This document shows positions 60,081 through 64,000 of a DNA stretch of 64,000 nucleotides, piece after piece. The DNA is taken from positions 1,674,001-1,738,000 of the forward strand of contig NW_027117343.1 of the NCBI RefSeq assembly GCF_038025025.1, written 5' to 3'. This DNA comes from Phyllosticta citribraziliensis. Lineage: Eukaryota. How positions within the stretch are numbered: the first letter of the stretch is position 1; each line of letters starts with the position of its first letter. The notes beneath the pieces were generated by a model that was given only the letters and a program-made list of their open reading frames with translations, was not told the origin of the DNA and searched no databases. The translations under genes and the position numbers were made by a program.

Positions 60081-60082
<2 letters not shown>

Positions 60083-61983
60083 AAGGGATAGCCTAAACTA
60101 ATAATAGTAGATTATTACTATCTAGTTAAGGCCTTACTTCTTAATACTAAACCTTATTCTATTTCTTCTTAGGCTATTATAGTTAGCTATAGTAGCTTAT
60201 CTACTACCTCTAGTTCTAGCTATTTATTAGCTAGCATCTTACCTTTAATACCTAAGTCCCTATTATAGGCTAAGGCTAATAGTAGGGGTAAGAAGTACTA
60301 GTATTAAGATATTTTAAATATAATACTTACTTCTAAGGTTATAGTTACTTATTACCCTAACTAGACTAAGGTTTATAGTTTAATACCTTTTATTAATAAA
60401 GAAGAGGAACACTTTAGAGCTCTATCTAGTAATAACTTTAGTAGTAGCTTAGATAATAACTAGGTTAACTTAGCTTACTAGTTATCTACTATAATAAATA
60501 TACCTATAGATAATATCTATAATCCTAGTAACTAAGTATAGGAGGAGGATATAGCTAAGATTATATAACTTCTATAGGCTAAGGATATAGAGTAAGAGCT
60601 TAGAAATTAGTATACTATATATAGAGAGGGTCTTTTAATATATCCTACTAGTAGTAATAGTATAGCTAGTTATTAAGTTACTTATTATATAGCTACTATA
60701 TAGTAACCTAATAGTTATAGTAGTTATAGTAGAGCTATCTATATAGTAATAATAGCTTAGTATACTACTACTACTACTATATAATATATAAATAGTAGTT
60801 ATATAAGTAGTAGTTTATTATATCTTCTTATAGCTAAGGAAACTAGTACTCTAGAGTAGCTATCTAGTTATTATTATTATACTAGCCTATACTTAAGGCT
60901 ATAGTAGGTCTAGTATCTAGGTATAGTTATATATAATAGCCCTACTAAAGAGGAGGAGGTATAGCGCCTATTATATATACTACTAGGTATCTTATTAGAT
61001 ACCTATTATATCCCTATTACTAGTAGATACACCTACTTTACTAAGGTATATATATATATATATAATTAACCCTTTAATAAGTAGTTACTAACTAGGTATA
61101 GTTAACTAGTAGAAAAGTCCTTACTTATATATATAAAGCCCTATACTAGTACCCTTATAGTTATAAGTATATATTAATAATATATAAGTAGGAGCTATAT
61201 AATATTATTTATAGGTCTAGCTTTAGTAATATTATATTTCTATAGTAGGTAGGTATTTCCTAGAAGATCTCTTATAACTACTACTATAATACTAGTCTAT
61301 AAGGCTATTCCTTTATTAGTTACTATACTCTACCTAGTTTCTTTAGTAGATATTATATAAACTATATCTATAACTCTAAGGGTAAGAAATATAACTATTT
61401 AGCTACTTATAAAATATTCTATAGGGATAGTAACTACCCTTTATATAAAGTATATAAGGGTATAATAGATTATATAATTATAGATATAGTTAATAGTAAC
61501 CTAGCTAAGAAGTACTTAGAGGGTTTAGCTTATAGTAATTACTTTAACTTAGATAGTAAGGTAGTTAAGGAGGAAGAGGAGAAGAAGGAGAAAGAGAAAA
61601 AAAAAGAAAAAAAAAAAAAAAAAAGAAGGAGAAGGATAAAAATAAAAAGAATAAGAAGAATAAGAATAAGAAGGATAAGAAGAATAAGAAGAAGGATAAG
61701 AATAAGGATAAGGATAAAGAGGATAAGGAGAATAAAAAGAATAAGAATAAGATTAAGAAGGACTAAAATAGTATATAGCTATATAATAAATAACTAGAAG
61801 GTCTACCTTTTTAAATTATATTTAAGGAGTTTATAGTATCCTACTTTAGCTAATATAATTAAAAAGCTTACTCTAGTATCTATTAATTTATATCTAGGTC
61901 TATAATTATAGAAATTCCTAATTAAACTACTACTTATTTATTTAACTATATTAGATCCTTTTAAATATATTTTATAGGCTAAT

Positions 61984-62452
61984 CCTATAGAGTTCTAAGA
62001 TATCTAACCTTAGTCTAATTAGGTAATTATCTAATTAGGATAACTTCTAATATCTAGAGGTCTTAAGACCTACTAATCTAGTCTAATTAGACTAGACCCT
62101 ATAGAGTTCTAAGATATCTAACCTTAGTCTAATTAGGTAATTACCTAATTAGGATAACTTCTAATACCTAAAGGTTTTAAGACCTACTAATCTAGCCTAA
62201 TTAAGCTAGACTTTATAGAGTTTTAAAGTATCTAACCTTAGTCTAATTAGGTAATTACCTAATTAGAATAACTTCTAATATCTAGAGTTCCTAAGACCTA
62301 CTAATCTAGCCTAATTAGGCTAGACCCTATAGAGTTCTAAGATATCTAACCTTAGTCTAATTAGGTAATTACCTAATTAGGATAACTTCTAATACCTAGA
62401 GGTCTTAAGATCTACTAATCTAGCCTATATAGTTAGGCTAGACCTTATAGAG
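61984..62452. repeat. 114-bp palindrome-rich tandem repeat x4
   Basis: TATAGAG at 61986, 62100, 62214, 62328 and 62446. Confidence 0.92.
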
Positions 62453-62739
62453 TATACTACTTATAAAAAAGATAATAATACTTAGAAAGATTATAAGCCT
62501 AGCTCTAACTATTAGTTTATATATAGGATGCTTCTATTTATTATACTAAATCTATTATTATAGTAGTAATAGTAAGTAATAATACTATATACTATATCCC
62601 CTACCTACCCTACCTACTACTAGTAGGCTAGGTATCTAATACTATAGTACTAACTCTACCCTTATTCTTTACTATAAAATAAAGTCTATTACTACTTTCT
62701 AGATCTACTTCTTATCCTAGTACTACTCTTCCTCCTCCT

Positions 62740-62992
62740 TAATAAAGCCCTTATTATACTTATCTTTATCCTTAAAGCTATTTAATAGGATCTTAAGTAA
62801 GTTTAGCTTCTAGTCTTATCTCTCTTTTTTAATAAAGCCCTTACTATACTTATTCTTATCCTCTAAGCTATCTAGTAGGACCTTAAGTAAGTTAAGCTTC
62901 TAACCCTATCCTTCTTTTTTAATAAAGCCCTTACTATACTCTTCTTTATCCTTTAAATTAGCTAATAGGAACCTAAATAAGTTAAGCTTTTA
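62740..62992. repeat. 90-bp tandem repeat x~3 (possible RIPped coding repeat on the minus strand)
   Basis: AATAAAGCCCTTA at 62741, 62831 and 62921; period equals 30 codons. Confidence 0.85.
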
Positions 62993-64000
62993 AGGCTTAT
63001 TTAAGTAGGCACGCTTCTTCTTATTAGATATAGTAGGGGGCTTATACTCTAGCTTAAAATAGGCCCTTCCCTATATTATAAGTTAGTAATAATAGAACCC
63101 TTATATTACCCTACTATATAGATATAGATTACTATCTACCTTCTACTTCTACTTCTATAGCTTACTACCTATAAACTAAGTAGTAGCTTTTATAGTAGAG
63201 GTACCCTTCTTAGTATCTTTAAAGTAGATCTAGATATAGCTAGTATTAATATAAGTATAACTAGTATAAGTACTACTAAATATAATACTATTTTCCTTAC
63301 TATTAGTCCTATTAGCTACCTTCTTATAAGATTTAAAAATACTACTACCCTTTAATAAGTAGGCCTTATAGGGCTTAATAGGGTAGAAGGCTAGATCTAA
63401 GTAATAACTAATAATAGATATAGTAGTATATTTAGTAGTAGAGTAGTCTAGTCTAGTATTAGGGTTATAAAAGTCTAGGGTAGTAATAATACTTAGTAAG
63501 GAGCTAACTATAGTATATAAGATAGGACTATTATATATAGTAGTATTATTATAGCTTATTACTAGGAGGGTCTTAATATTAGCTTATTTTATCTTACTAT
63601 AGCTATAATCTAGTAGTAGGTTAGTAGTAGTATACTTATACCTTAATAGGGTTAAAGGAGTAGATATATCTAGTAATTATTAGTATAGTACCTCTACTAC
63701 TTATTTAAGGTTATAGCTTATCTTATTCTTATTATAGTTACTTACTAGTCCTTATAGAAGCTAGGAATATAGGTAGGGTAGGGTAGGAGCTATATAGAGA
63801 GATATAGGGCTAGAAGAGGATATAGCTTAGTACTAGTAAGGTATTCTTTTATATTACTAAATCTATACTAGCTATTTACTAGTACCTATACCTACTATAG
63901 AAAGTTATAGCTATAGGTATAAGTATAGGTACTAGTAGTAGTAGTATAGGTAATTTAATTTATTTAGTTTCCCTCCTATATATATTACCTCCCTCTATTT

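Larger units (their letters stand above)
35170..64000. other. AT-rich, RIP-saturated repeat (heterochromatin-like) block
   Basis: Abrupt GC drop, massive TpA excess, and near absence of CpA/TpG and CpG. Almost no ORFs; transposon relics riddled with TAA/TAG at Gln/Trp/Arg positions. Confidence 0.96.

Overview
Filamentous ascomycete (Pezizomycotina) genomic DNA, based on short GT..AG introns of 44-54 nt with CTRAC-type branch points, fungal-specific gene families and RIP. The window has two compartments. (1) Positions 1 to ~35,160 are GC-rich and gene-bearing. They encode a CSC1/OSCA (DUF221) channel, a very long HET-domain protein, a small secreted Thr/Val-rich repeat protein, AIM11, the molybdopterin synthase catalytic subunit (with an unusually long, structured 438-nt intron), a Ser/Arg-rich unknown protein, a phospholipase/carboxylesterase, a 58-aa microprotein, an APH-like kinase and an APH-like pseudogene. 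They end in a compact trio of sugar porter, PhyH-type Fe(II)/2OG dioxygenase and Zn2Cys6 regulator. (2) Positions ~35,170-64,000 are an extremely AT-rich, RIP-saturated repeat block. It holds a complete chromodomain Ty3/Gypsy element (TSD ATAGC) with a solo LTR of its own family inside it (TSD AGAAC) and a relic antisense DUF3716-like Cys-rich ORF. It also holds a Tad-like LINE (APE-RT-RNase H-CCHC) and many tandem arrays, including a higher-order satellite and a palindrome-packed 114-bp repeat. All calls come from manual reading and motif recognition; no database searches were run.
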